Below are positions 34,083-48,500 of a DNA stretch of 64,000 nt, one piece after another. The stretch spans positions 1 to 64,000 of the forward strand of contig NW_026867774.1 of NCBI RefSeq assembly GCF_020745735.1, written 5' to 3'. Position numbers and translations under genes: made by a program. Source of the stretch: Hemiscyllium ocellatum. Lineage: Eukaryota. Under the pieces are notes generated by a model. The model did no database searches. It saw nothing but the letters and a program-made list of their open reading frames with translations, and was not told the origin of the DNA. Position 1 is the first letter of the stretch; each line of letters begins with the position of its first letter.

Positions 34083-37000
34083 GAGAATCCAATTCAACAG
34101 CAGGGACCAAAGAACAAGGGACAATACAGCACAGGAACAGGCCCTTCGGCCCTCCAAGCCTGTGCTGATACATTTTGCCCTTCTATACTGAAACTATCTT
34201 CATCGACAGGATTCATATCCCTCTATTCCCTTCCTATTCATGCATTAGTGCAGGAATTTCTTGAATACTTCTATTGTGTCTGCTTCCACCCCCTCCTCTG
34301 GCTGTGTGTTCCAGGTAGTCAACTTCCACTGTGTGAAATACTTGGTTTGTACACCTCTTTACAATGAATTCCCCCAAACCCCTGCACCTTGAACCTGCGT
34401 CCCCTAGTATTTGACCCCCTCCACCCTGGGAAAAAGTCTCATTATTTCCACTCTGCCTATCCCATTCACAACTCTGTAAACTTCTATCAGGACACACCTC
34501 ATTTTCCTGCATTCCAGTGAAAACAAATCCAGTCTCTCCAACCTTTCTTCAGAACTACAATCCCCCCATACCAGACAATATCCTGGTAAACATTTTCTGC
34601 ACCGTCTTCAAAACATCCACATCCTTCTTTTTGGACTGTGTGCAGTTCTATGCAACCAGAACTGTGTGCACTATTCCAAGTGTGGCCGAACTAAAGTTCT
34701 TTCAAGCTGCAGCATAACTTGTCTGTCCTTACACTCAATGCCCCTTCCAATGAAGGCAACCAGGCCATCAGCCTTTTTTACTGCCTTACCTCCCTGTGCT
34801 GGCACCTTCAGTGGTCTGTGAACATACACACCCAGATCCCTCTGCATATCAATACTCCAAAGGATTCTGTCATTCACTGTATAATTCCCACCTGTACATC
34901 ACCTTCCAAAATGCATCACCTCACATTTGTCTGGATTAAACTACACCTGCCATTTTTCTGTCCAAGCATCTCTATCCTGCTATATCCTAGATAATCCTTC
35001 TCATTCTCTGCACTTCTACCAATCTTTGTATCAATTGTAAAATTCCTCATTAGACCAGCTACGCTTTCCTCCAAATCATTTATGTAGACCATATACAGCA
35101 GAGTTCCCTGTGGAACACCACGAGTCACAGCCCTCCATTCTGAAAACCATCCCCCCATCACTGCCCTCTGTCTCCTCCTACTCAGCCAGTTCTGTGCCCA
35201 ATGCTGGAAACATTTTAGACAAGACACCTTGTCGCCAGCTCTTACTGCAACTTGATCCAGTTCATTCAGAAAGAGGAAAAGGACAATGTGCAGATTGTTG
35301 AACAGGCCCCTACACCTGGTCCTGAGGCAGGAGCCCAATCTCCAACACACTGGCCTCACTTCACACCAACCTTCACACAGTGCGGGGTCATGAATACCGG
35401 CCATCAATCCCTCTGGGACCGGGACGGGGTGGGGGAACAGGGACAATTGTAGAAGAGTCAATAAGGAGTAAAGAAAGATGGAGAGAGTGTGTTGGAAAGT
35501 GTTCAATGGAGGGAACATACCTTGCGATACCCAATACTGACAGAGTCTCCATGTATCACAGAATGTACAAAACAGCACTCCAGTAATGTGGCTGACCCTT
35601 ACCTGCCATTTAAAAGGCTAAAGAAGCCACTCAGTTTCAGGACAGGTAGGGATGGGGAACAAATGCTGGTCTTGCCAGTGACTCCCACATTCCAGAAAAG
35701 AATAGATGGGTTCAGTGATAACACCGTCACCTGCACCTGCAGGTTTCAAGCCCCATTCCAGACACTGGAGCACCGTCCTGAGGCTGGCAAAGGTAAAGAC
35801 GCCATCTGCTGGATGATCGGTTAAACCACTGCCCTCTCAGGTCGATGTGAATATAAGGGCTTTGTGACCATCTCAGGGAAACTCTCCCCAGTGTGCTGAC
35901 CAATGCTTCTCTTATAACCAATGGCATTAACACAGATACATAAACAAAATACTGCAAATCTCAAATAGAAGCTCGATGCTGGAGAAAGGGAACAGGTGCA
36001 GCCTCTGTGGGAGAGGAGGTTTAACTTTTTGGGTTCAGTGATGTTTTATCAAAAAGGCAGCAAAATTATATTTTATTTAATTTTATGCTGTTTTATATTA
36101 TTTTCTTTAAATTTTGTTGAAAACAAGGTTACCCGCTTGATTGGAACCACATTCACACACATGCATTCCCCCCACACCGACGCTCAGTAACAGCTCTGTG
36201 TACTATTTACAAGATGCACTGCAGAGATTCACCAAAGATCCTGAGACAACAGCTTCCAAACCCATGACCACTTATATTTGGACAAGGACAGCAGGTACAC
36301 GGGACCATCACCCCAGCAAGTTCCTCTCCAAGTCATTCACCAGTTTGACTTGGAAATATGAATCAGTTCCTACATCATCACTGGCTCAGAATCCTGGAAT
36401 TCCCCTCCTATGACATTGTGGGTCTACCAACAGCAGACTGACTGCAGGGGTTCAAGATGGCAGCTAATCACCACCAGGTCCAGGGCAATTAGAGATGGAC
36501 AGTAAAAAGCCTGGTACAAGAGAGTGTAAATGTGCTTAAGGACCAGAAAGTGAGACTGCGATGTTTCAGTTATTCCTGGACATTGGTGTGACCACATCTC
36601 AAATACTGAGGGTAGTTTTGGTCTCCCTATTGAAGGAAGAATATAAATGCATCGGAGGTGGTTCACAGGAATTTTACCCGATTGATCCCTGGAATGAGTG
36701 GGCTGTGATGAGGAAAGATTGGAAAAGGAGATAAAGGGAATGGGGCGGAGCAGGGTGTTGAGGTAGGGATAGGTTGAGAATGGTAGAGAATATGACCTGA
36801 TGAGTCGATGGGAGAGTAATTTGTATTCATCCCTCCCATCAACCAATCCTCTACCTACCTTCACCTATCCCCATCTCACCACCCTGCCCCCCACTACTCC
36901 CTTTATCTGCAGCTCCCCCATCATTCCCCCACCTCCCAACCCACCCCCATTCCTGAAGAAGGATTACAGCCAAAACATTGATTTCTCCACCTCCTGATGC

Positions 37001-37359
37001 TGCCTGGCTTGCTGTGTTCTCCCAGCCTCCTGCTTGTCAACCTTGGATTCCAGCATTTGCACTTTCTTTTGTCTCTAATCTCTTCAGGGGCCTGGATGAG
37101 AGTGAGGGAATTGGGTTTTGATGGAGCTACCCACAGACTCAAGTCAAAAGAAGCAAAGCAGGAAAGGCAAGTGGATCGAATACAAGAGACCAAATTGTGA
37201 GCAAAAACCAATTATTACTAGTTTAGCAATTGCAAAGCAGAGAGTGACAACATTGAATTGCTTCTGGTGTCATCCTCTGTGCCCTAACATTTCACAGTGC
37301 CAGCTCCACATCCTTCCATTGGCTTTGTCATTGAGAGGCAACAGTTCCCTTCCCACAGC
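34083..37359 (-). repeat. Right arm of the inverted duplication in unit 1 (unit 2 copy at 49192-52471, continuing 54087-55065)
   Basis: Reverse complement of 22510-24950 and 30585-31955, about 75-85% identity by eye. Confidence 0.85.
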
Positions 37360-38655
37360 ATAGAACATAGAACATAGAAAAATACAGCGCAGTACAGGCC
37401 CTTCGGCCCTCAATGTTGCGCCGACCGAATCCTACCTAACCTACACTAGCCCAATAACTTCCAAATGCCTATCCAATGCCCGTTTAAATGACCATAAAGA
37501 GGGAGAGTTCACCACTGCTACTGGCAGGGCATTCCATGAACTCACAACCCGCTGTGTAAAGAATCTACCCCTAACATCTGTCCTACACCTTCCACCCCTT
37601 ATTTTAAAGCTGTGTCCCCTTGTAACAGCTGACTCCATTAGCGGTAAAAGGTTCTCAGTGTCTACCCTATCTAAACCCCTAATCATCTTATACACCTCTA
37701 TCAAATCTCCCCTAAACCTTCTTTTCTCCAATGAGAACAGCCCCAAGTGCCTCAGTCTTTCCTCATACGATTTTCCTACCATACCAGGCAACATCCTGGT
37801 AAACCTCCTCTGCACTCGTTCCAATGCCTCCACATCCTTCCTATAGTATGGCGACCAAAACTGCACACAATACTCCAGATGAGGCCGCACCAGAGTCTTA
37901 TACAACTGCAACATGACCTCAGGACTCCGGAACTCAATTCCTCTGCCAATAAAGCCCAGTATACCATATGCCTTCCTCACAGCACTATTTACCTGGGTGG
38001 CGACTTTCAGAGATCTGTGTACATGGACACCAAGATCCCTCTGCTCATCCACACTACCAAGTAGCCTACCATTAGCCCAGTAATCCATCTTCTTGTTACT
38101 CCTACCAAAGTGAATGACTTCACACTTAGCTACATTGAATTCCAATTGCCACCTTTCTGCCCAGCTTTGCAACTTGTCTATATCCCGCTGTAACCTGCCA
38201 CATCCTTCCTCACTATCCACAACTCCACCGACTTTTGTGTCATCCGCAAACTTACTCACCCAGCTTTCAAGCCCCTCCTCTAGATCATTTATAAAGATAA
38301 CAAAAAGCGATGGTCCCAAAACAGATCCTTGAGGTACACCGCTAGTAACTGCACTCCAAGATGAACCTATACCATCAACTACTACCCTCTGTCTCCTTCC
38401 AGCCAGCCAATTTCTAATCCAAACCTCTAATGCACCCTCAATGCCATACCTCCGTAGTTTTTGCATTAGCCTACCATGGGGTACCTTATCGAACGCCTTA
38501 CTAAAATCCATATACACAACATCTACTGCTTTACCCTCGTCCACCTCCTTAGTCACCTGCTCAAAGAACTCAATAAGGTTTGTGAGGCACGACCTGCCCT
38601 TCACAAAACCATGCTGACTATCCTTGATCACGTTATTCCTATCCAGATGTTCATA
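37360..38655 (-). mobile_element. Young CR1 LINE copy cut by the tandem-duplication junction
   Basis: Open RT frame (LTNLIEFFE..VYMDFSKAFDKVPH..FADDTK); nearly identical to 52472-53767; ends abruptly at atccagatgttcata. Confidence 0.95.
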
Positions 38656-40809
38656 CACTCAGGGGGTTTGGATTGGAAGCTGAGTTGTAAGAATCCTGAT
38701 ACATCAGGGAGGGGCAGCGATACCTGGAGACTTTGTTCCAGATGGAAGGTGTAAGCCTCAGGACTGGGCAGTCCGATTCCATGTTAGTAAGGGGCAGGAG
38801 GGTATGGCCCAAGAGGGGGTCAGGTAAAGTTTTGGAGAATAAAGTGGGACAGGAAAACCCCCCACTCTTCGAAACTCCAGTGAGAACAAGGCCAGCCTTT
38901 CCAATTCTTCCTCATCACACAGACCCCTCATACCAGGGATCAGTCGGGTAAAACTCCTCTGAAACACTTCCAATGGATTTATATTCTTTCTGCAATTAGG
39001 AGACCAAAAGTTCATACAAACTTTGAGATGTTCAGAACAAACTGAAACATCACATTCTCACTTTCAGATCCCTAATCACACCTGCTCTTACTTTGCACCA
39101 GCCTTGTTACTGTCCATTTCTCATTGTCATGTACACAGTGGCGCTGAGCTGCTTTCTTGAACCGCTGCAGTCTGTGTGCTGTAGGTAGACCCAGAATGTG
39201 CAGAGGAAGGGGATTCTCGGATTCTGACACAGTAACAATGTAGGAACAGTGATATATTTCCATATCAGAATGCTAAATGGCTTGAGGGGAACGTGCAAAG
39301 ACCGGTGTTCCTGTGTATCTGCTACCATGTCCTTCTTGATGGAAGTGGTCATGGGTTTGGAAGGTACTCTCTCAGGATCTTTGCTGAACCTCTGCAATGT
39401 ATCTTGTAGATAGTGCACACAGCTGTTACTGAGGGTCAATGTGGAGACAATGGATATATGTCGATGTGGTGCCAATCAAGCCGAGAGAAATTTGATAAAC
39501 AAGATTTAAATAAAACAAAATAACATAAAACAGGTTAAAATTAAATAAAATCATCAAAAACTGTGGTGTCTTTTTGATAAAACATCACTGAATCCAAAAC
39601 ATTATTCCCTCCTCTCTCTAAAGCAGCTGCACCTGTTCCCTTTCTCCAGCATCTTGTTTTATTTGAGATTTGCTGTATTTTACTCTTGTATCTGTTTTAA
39701 TGCCATTGGTTATAAGAGAAGCATTGGCCAGCACACTGGGGAGAGTTTCCCTGAGATGGTCACAAAGCCCTTATATTCACATCGACCAGAGAGGGCAGTG
39801 GTTTAACCGATCATCCAGCAGATGGCGTCTTTACGTTTGCCAGTCTCAGGATAGTGCTCCAGTGTCTGGAGTGGGGCTTGAAACCTGCAGGTTCAGGTGA
39901 CTGTGTTACTGAGGCCGTCTATTCTTTCCTGGGATGTGGGTGTCACTGACAAGACCAGCATTTGTTCCCCATCCCTAACTGCCCTGAAACTGAGTGGCTT
40001 GCTGGGCCTTTCAAATGTCAGGTAAGGGTCAGCCACATTGCTGGAGTCCTGGCAGAGTCAGATGTCTACAACAGGTCTACAAGAACAGGACCCTTCTGCC
40101 CAATGAGCCAAAGCCAGTCAAACAACCACCTCACTATTCTAATTCCATGTTCCAGCACTCAGTCCATAGTCCTGTGTGCCTTGGTATTACAGCTGCACAC
40201 CGAAATACTTCAATGATATGGGAGAGCTTCTGCCTCAACCATTCTTACAGAAAGCAAGTTACAAATTACCACCACCTACTGCACGAAAGTGTGTTTCCTC
40301 ATATTCCTTCTTAATTTTCAGCCATTTCTCTTAAATCTATGCCCCCGGTCATTGATCATGAAATAACTCCACATCATCAAGTCACCCTTTATTTACACAT
40401 CAACCATCCTTGACTGTAATGTCTCAAATAGAGTTAGGCACCAGAGGCACAGGGTCCCTAACACCCAACCTGTTTGATGTCAGTAAGTCATCTCCCTGTT
40501 ATATCCTTGTAAAGATTCGAGCTTTTCTTGTGAAACTCCTTTGGGATTTTTTAATGGCACAGAGTCTCCCACACACTCCCATCTCTCTTGATGCACACCC
40601 TTGTCTGGTTAATTCTTCCCATTTCCTTCTCTTCTTTCAGCTCATCCCATTTCAATAAAGTCTGTGATATTTCCATGGAGGATGTGTACTTGAAACCGCC
40701 AGAGAGAAGTTCCTATGAAGAAGCACTACAATAGAAGGAAGGCTGATATTTGCAGGAAGCCTGGACTGTGCCCTTGTGAACCTTTTCCAAACATTTCCAT
40801 GTGATCTGT

Positions 40810-41574
40810 CAGCCTCCTTCAACTCTTCCCATTTCCTCCAAATCCAGTGGGTGACCATGGGTCCCAGCTATGTCTGCTTGTTGTCGGCTACATCAAACAA
40901 CACCTCACCAGTACATGCACAGGCACCATTCCCCAAATCATCCACCATTACATCAGCGACTGCATCAGTGCTGCATCCACCACCCAGGCTGAACTGGAGC
41001 AGTTCATCGACTTTGCTAACAACCTCCAACCTGCCCTTTAATTCACATAGTCCATCTTGGACAAATCCTTCTTCTTTCTTGATTGCTCCATTTCCATCTC
41101 CGGTGACAGTCTAGGATCAGACATTTACTGTAAATCCACAGACTCTCACAACGACCTCCTCCCAACCAGTATCCTGCAAGAACACCCTCCCGTTTTCCCA
41201 ATTCTTCCATCTCCGTCATGTCTGCTCGAACGAGGAGACGCTCCACTCCCAAGTGTCCCAGATGTCCACTTATTTTGAACAATGTACTTTTCCCACCTCT
41301 GCCATCCAGAAAGCCCTCCACCGCACCTCTTCCATTCTCTGCTTCCCAAATCTAAACACCCCTCTCCAAAATGCAATAAAGACAGGGTTCCCCCTTGTCT
41401 TCATCTTACACCCCACCAATCTCCGCATCCAACGTATCAGCCTCAAACAATTCTGCCAACTCCAGCTAGACCCCACCACCAAAGCATCTTACCCTCCCCA
41501 CCCCTCTCTGCCTTCCACAAGGACTGTTCCCTTTGCCAATCCTTGGTTTTCACCACACTTCACACCTACCCCCT

Positions 41575-41605
<31 letters not shown>

Positions 41606-42660
41606 CAAAACCCTGGTACCTTCCCCTGCAACCGTAAAAGATGCAAAACCTGCCGACACACCACCCCTGTCATTTCCATCCAGGGCCCCAGTCCTTCCAG
41701 GTCAGACAAAGATTAGATTAGATTAGACTTACAGTGTGGAAACAGGCCCTTCGGCCCAACAAGTCCACACCGACCCGCCGAAGCGCAACCCACCCATACC
41801 CCTACATTTACCCCTTACCTAACACTACGGGCAATTTAGCTTGGCCAATTCACCTGACCGCACATCTTTGGATTGTGGGAGGAAACCGGAGCACCCAGAG
41901 GAAACCCACGCAGACACGGGGAGAACATGCAAACTCCACACAGTCAGTCGCCTGAGTCGGGAATTGAACCCGGGTCTGCAGGCGCTGTGAGGCAGCAGTG
42001 CTAACCACTGTGCCACCGTGCCGCCCAAGGTTCACCTGCCTCTGCTCCTACCAAGTTTATTGTATCCGGTGCACCCGTTGTGGTCTTCTCTACACTGGTG
42101 AGACCGAACTTAAACTAAGGGCATGTTTTGCTGAGCATCTTAGCCATGCTCACAAAGGCTGACCTGGCCTCCCAGTCACTGCCTATTTCAATTCCCCTTC
42201 CTATTCCCTCTCTGACATGACCATCTTCTGCCTCCTCCATTGCCACAAACAATCAGACTGCAAACTGGAGGAACAAATAATTATCTTTTCCCTGGGGTAG
42301 CTCAGAACCCAGAGGAATCAACATTGAGTTCTCCAATTTCAAAAAGCCTCCCTTTCCCAACTTTCGACTCCCTTTCCAGTCCCCCTCCTCCATTCTATTC
42401 CACTTACAGACCCTCCCTTCCAGCCACCAAATGGATTCATTCCTCCCATCGACCAAGCACTTCAAACCCTCTATTTGTGTTCATCCATCAATACCTACCA
42501 CTCCACCATTCCCCTCCACCTACCCAAACAACTGATCCCACCTTGATTTGCAGCTCCCCCTACCCCCACCTGCAGTTCTGAAGAAAGGTTATACCCGAAA
42601 TGTTGACTGCTCCACCTCCAGTTCTGCCTGACTTGCTGTGTTCTTCCAGCCTCCTGTAAG
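40810..42660 (+). mobile_element. Penelope-like element, paralog of 25700-27225, with SINE insertion and poly-C expansion (41575-41603)
   Basis: Same RT/GIY-YIG remnants; hammerhead motif at 42572-42610 with a G-to-A change at the base of helix II. Confidence 0.9.
41711..42026 (-). mobile_element. Young HE1-type SINE present only in duplication unit 2
   Basis: Nearly identical to the SINE at 14948-15257; the equivalent site in unit 1 (ggtcagacagaggttcacc, 26581-26599) is empty. Confidence 0.95.
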
Positions 42661-45541
42661 CCTCCATCCCAGTCTGATAACCATCTCGAACACTGGAAGG
42701 AAATGCCCAGGGTGCAGGTTAACGTGGTGCAAAAAGCCTTTCAGCTGAAACTTCCGTGTTTGCCTCCAGTGTGGATTTTCATTTGCTCATTGCTCCCCTT
42801 TTACATGATAATGGAGAGAGAACTCTTGTGGGTGCAGTTTTTTTTTAAATTGTCCCAGGATATTTAAAGTTGCGTGTGCAGTGCAATCACCTTCACAAGA
42901 CAAAATGCTGAGGTCCCAAAATCAGCAAATGAATGATGAGACAAATATGTTTTGGTGGCATTGGATGAATATTGAGCAGGATACCCGAGGGAATCTCTTT
43001 TAGAATGGGACCTTGTCGAGCCCCCTGAGGTGGAAGGATTGGGGTCTGGGTGGTGCTGGTGGGGCTTTAAATGAACATCCCATACATAACATTGTGTCAG
43101 AGTTCAATCCAATGACCATTTGACTCTGAAGCAGGAACATTGCCCATGGAGTCACCGTCAGTAACAATGTAAACTGTGTAGCTCTGAAAGCCTGAGTCTG
43201 TATTTCAGCTTAGAAGGATATCATTTCATTCACCAAATCTGTTTCTTCCCCTCTGCAGGCTGACCAGGCTGCTGGTTCCTTTCCCACACTCTCACGTTTT
43301 CCCATGTGCCACAGCTCATTCTCCTGAGGGATAGTTTGCTCGGAGTCGAAAAGTGTGGCGCTGGAAAAGCACAGCAGGTCAGACAGTTGTGCTCAGGCCG
43401 AGGACATGACCTTGTCCCTCTGTCAGATCCTCTTTGAGAAACCCATGGCTCACCACCGCCCTCTCCAGGACAGTAAGGGAAGGGCAACAGCAAGGATAGA
43501 GATGGGGATACGAAGCTGCAAGTGCTGCACTCTGCAGTTTGGTGACCCACTTTGATATCTGTTTATTCGATCTTTGAGTGTAATTCATTTTTTTGCTGAT
43601 CCCAGTGTCAATCCAAAGGACACTCCACCTTTCAGTCTGACAAACCAGGGTCACCCATGTCATGGCTCTGTTTCTGGCCGAGAGTCCAGTCTTCCAAAGA
43701 GATGAATTGAAGCCTCACCAGTTTAATCATTTTAATTTTACATCATTTCTCCTGATTTCTCCAGAGCGGGCGTTGCCTTTCCCCAATTGTCCTGGAGAGG
43801 GCGGGGGTGAGCCATGTAATACCTGGAAAGGAAGGCGCTGGAACCTGTACAAAAAAGACATGAAATTCAATGTGATGTTCACAAATGTTCTTTTGGCGAG
43901 GGTGCCTGGTCTGTGACTCCTGCCCCACCGTGACATGATCCATTTTTAATGACCCCATGATCTGGTTCAGCAAAGAACTTAGTCCAAGCAACTGGGGGTG
44001 GGCAATAAATATGAAGCTCACCAATGATGAAGCAGAAATAATAATGAGAAGGAATAATGCAGCTCCTTGCTCTCTGCCTTTTAGCCTCTGAGCCAGCACA
44101 CTCTCACCGTTCTGGGTTTCTAATCCTCTAACATTAATTCATTAGAGTGTGGGAATATAGGAAGAGGTTTTATTTTGAACTATAAGGTCTCTTTTCTCCG
44201 TGACTCTCTCCTTTACAACCCCCTACAATCCTGTCACCAGATTCTTGTACTGACAGCCTTGTTGTGCAGAGTGAAAGCTCTCGGTGTTCTCTGAGGCCTC
44301 ACTGCCTTGTGTCTGTCTCCACTGCAACATAAGGCAAATGACGTGTTTCTGAAACCCTGTTGAAATTAAAAGCCAGCAAAGAAAATGACTGCAACAAGAA
44401 TTGAGTTGGTCTTGTTCAAAAAAATAATTTTCATTTTAAAATTACATTTTTGTCAGTGAGTGACAAAGGAAAGATGGGGGTCCAGAATTGCTGCAGCCTC
44501 TGTCAGAACATAGGGCCCAGGAGCAGGAGCAGGCCTTTTGGGAGCTGCTGTGCCAATGAAGAAGATCACTGCTCATCTGGTTATGGTCTCGCCCGTACTT
44601 TCTGCTTCCCCATCCCCTCCCATTATCCTTAATTGCCTTGTTCATCAAAAAAATCTGTCGACTGTAACCTTGTGCCAACTCCATGAGTGAACCTCCATTC
44701 CCATGTAGAGAAGAGAATTCCACAGACTATCAATCCTCAGCAAGAAAACCCCTCCTTCCCTTTAAACTGGAGACTGGTTTGTGTTAAACCAGCCCTCCAG
44801 TTCTCATCTGCTCGATAACAGGATCCACCCTCTCAGTATCCAGCCTGTCATGTCACCTTCAGATCAGAAACTGGTAATGAGAGAGAACAGGTTACATCAG
44901 TGAGACTTTTCCCCAGAGGTGATGAACAGTGTTGATGTAAATTGTTTTTTCCGGTCCCAGAGTCCAGAACAAGAGGGTTGTTAAAATTGTAATTCAGACG
45001 ATTTCAGGAAAATTTCTTTCCGACAGAGTGATGGAAATCTGGAACCCTCAATCCAAAATAAAAAGCTGTTGAGGTTGGGTTTCAATATCCATTTACTCAG
45101 GGCAGTACGGTTTACAGGATAAAGGGAGAATGTATTCCAGGTCAGCCATGTCCTGATTAACTGGGGAACTAAGTCAAAGCAACTGATTGGTCATTCCCAC
45201 TGGAATCCACTGGAATGACTACTGGTGTGTTTGCGGCTAATGGAAGGAGTCATTACCCATAGTCTTCAGCAGCTGTGCAAGTCCTCCATAGTAACTAGAA
45301 AGCAGCTGTTTCACTGTGCCTGAACAATACAAAGTCAGAGGACACACTACACCAGGTTCTAGCCCAACTGATTCATTTGAAATCACAAGCTTCTAAAGCG
45401 CTGCTCCTTTATCAGGTGTACCCCAGTCCACCATCGGCATTTCCACATTACTGAACAGTCCAAATAAACTGGGGCTCTGTGAGGATCGAACCAGCTGGAT
45501 CTGTACAAACGAGGAGAGAGAGAGAGAGAGAGAGAGACAGC

Positions 45542-45593
<52 letters not shown>

Positions 45594-48500
45594 ATCTTTT
45601 GAACCAGGATACCTAATTGCACTACAATAAAAATGCTCTGCATGCTGTGATATATCAAAAATAAGCACTTTGGTGTAACTTTTGATTGTCCTCACAGTGT
45701 GCTATTTTATTCATGATGTGATACACGGAGACTATGTCAACGTTGGGTGGCAAAAAGTATATTTTCTCCACTAATCCCTTTCCAAAACGCGCTCTCCATC
45801 TTGCTTTAATCCTTATTGACTCTTCTACAATTGCCTCTATTTCCTCACTCCTTTCCGGTCCCAAAGGAACATATGGACAGAGTTCATGACCCCAATCTGT
45901 CTTAAATTTCATGTGTAGTGTGTTGGAGCTTGGGCCCTTCCCTCAGGCCCAGGTGTAGGGGCCTGTTCAACAATCTGCACATTGTCCTTTGTCTCTTTCT
46001 GAATGAACTGGATCAAGTTGCAGTAACGATCTGGAAACAAGGTGTCTTGTCTAAAATGTTCCCAGCATTGGATACAGAACTGGCTGTGTCAGAGGAGAGA
46101 GCATAGTGATGGAAGGATGGATTTCAGAATGGAGGGCTGTGTCTTGTGGGGTTTCACAGGGATCAATGATGGTACCTTTGCTGTCCATGGTCTCCATAAG
46201 TGATTTGGACGAAAACATGGCTAGTCTAATTCATGAGTTTGTGGATGCCACAAAGATTGCTGGAGTTGCAGTTAATGATCAGATTATCAGAGGATACAGC
46301 AGGACATAGATCAATTGGATGCATGGATAGAAAATGGCAGATGAAGTTTAATCCAAATAAATGTGAAATGATGCATTTTGAAAGATGAAGCACGTGGCAG
46401 AATACCTGCACAGTGAATGGCAGAACCCTTTGGAGTATTGAATTGCAGAGGGATCTGGATGTACATGTTCACAGATCACTGATGGTGGCAGCACCTAAGG
46501 TAGTAAAAAAGGCAATGGCAGGCTTGGCTACATTGGGAGGAGCACTGAGTATTAGGATAGACAAGTTATACTGCAGCTTTACTGAACTTTAGTTTGGCCA
46601 TACTTGGAATATTGCATATGGTTCTGGTCACCATGACCAGAAGGATGTGGATGCTTTGGAGAGGGTACTGAAAAAATGTACCAAGAATGCTGTCTGATAT
46701 GAGGGATTTTCCCAGGGTAGAGGGGTCAGTTACTAGGGGACACAGGTACAAGGTGTGGGAGGGGGTGGGTGGGTGCAGTGGGGAATTAAAACAGATGTGT
46801 GAGGTAAGTATTTCACACAAACGGTGGTGAGGGCTGGAACACGCTGCCAGTGGAAGTGGTGGAAGCAGACACAATAGCAGCATTCAAGAAATACCTGGAT
46901 GAATACACGGAAAAGAAGGGAATAGAGGGATATGAATCCTGTAGGTGAATACAGTTTCGGTGAGGAAGGGCAAAATGTGTCAACACAGGCTGGGAGGGCC
47001 GAAGGGCCTGTTCCTGTGCTGTATAGTTCCTTGTTCTTTGGTCCCTGCTGTTGAATTGGATTCAAACCAACAATGCAGGAAGACTCATGATGAAGTGGGT
47101 GTTTGTTTGATTTCTCACTTGTGTTAATACAGTTTTAAATGTGTCTGCGTACTTTCCCCTCTCTCTCTGTGGAGGGTGTCTCTGTCATTGTCTCCACCCG
47201 ACCTTTCCACTCTCATAGTGATAGCAGTTTTTGCATTCCTTCTGTTCGGGGGAGCTGTCATTCCCCCGCCCATATTACAACAATGACTAGACTTTGGAAT
47301 TTCTCCATTAGCTGTAAAACATCTTTGAACATCCTGAGCTCATGAACAGTGTAACAGAAGGGCAATTCTCTCTCCTTTTTGTTTCCTCTCCATGCCTTCC
47401 CATCTGTCTCCCCACAACATCCCTCCCTTGTTTAAAATCTGGAATGAATTATGAGTCTCTGGGAGAATTTAATCTGTGGCAACATTGAAACTAACAATAA
47501 CCACCTCCTTGGTGGGCTTTGAGTGTGAAGGTCAATAACACTCTCACTGGGACTTGATCTGGGTTGTCTCCAGTCAGTCAGTGTTATTGTTCTGGGGCCA
47601 GACATTACTGACCAACCTTAGACCCTGTGATCTGATTGAGATGACGGATGACCTGCACTGGGCTTTAACACACTGTTACCACAGCACAGAGTGAAATCAT
47701 GTAGCGCTGGTTAGGCAGAATCCCTGGAGCAGGAGAGTCGACGTTTTGAGCATAAGCTCTTCATCAGGAATGGAGAGGAGGGAGTGAGGAGTCGGAGAGA
47801 TAAATAGGAGGGAATTGGGGCTGGCGAAAATGTAATGAAGATTGCAATAGGTACGTGGAGGTGGGGGGTGACAGTGATAGGTCAGAGTGAAGGGTGGAGT
47901 GGATAGGTGGGAAGGAAGATGGACAGGTAGGACAGTTCAAAAGGGTGGTGCCGAGTTGGAGGGTTGGATCTGGGATAAGCTGGGGGAGTGGAGATGAGGA
48001 AACAAGTAACATCAACATTCAGAGTATTGAGTACAGGAGTTGGGAGGTCATGTTGCGGCTGTACAGGACATTGGTTAGGCTACTGCTGGAATATTGCATG
48101 CAATTCTGGTCTCCTTCCTATCGGAAAGATGTTGTGAAACTTGAAAGGGTTCAGAAAAGATTTACAAGGATGTTGCCAGGGTTGGAAGATTGGAGCTACA
48201 GGGAGAGGCTGAACAGGCTGGTGCTGTTTTCCCTGGAGCATCAGAGGCTGAGTGATAACCTGATAGAGTTTTACAAAATTACGAAGGGCATGGATAGGAT
48301 AAATAGACAACATCTTTTCCCAGTGGTTGGGGAGTCCAGAACTAGAGGGCATAGGTTTAGGGTGAGAGGAGAAAGATACAAAAGAGACCTAAGGGGCAAC
48401 TTTTTCACGCAGAGGGTGGTATGTGTATGGAATGAGCTGCCAGAAGATGTGGTGGAGGCTGGTGCAATTGCAACATTTAAGAGGCATTTGAATGGGTATA

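Larger units (their letters stand above)
23565..38655 (+). repeat. Unit 1 of a ~15.1-kb tandem duplication
   Basis: cactcagggggtttggattgg starts at 23565 and again at 38656; matching ORF pairs are mostly offset by 15072-15112 nt. Confidence 0.95.

Noticed and set aside
41575-41603. 29-nt poly-C / poly-Pro ORFs and G-quadruplex potential
   Set aside because: It is a homopolymer expansion inside a dead Penelope copy (only 5 C in the paralog), and its length is unreliable in assemblies.
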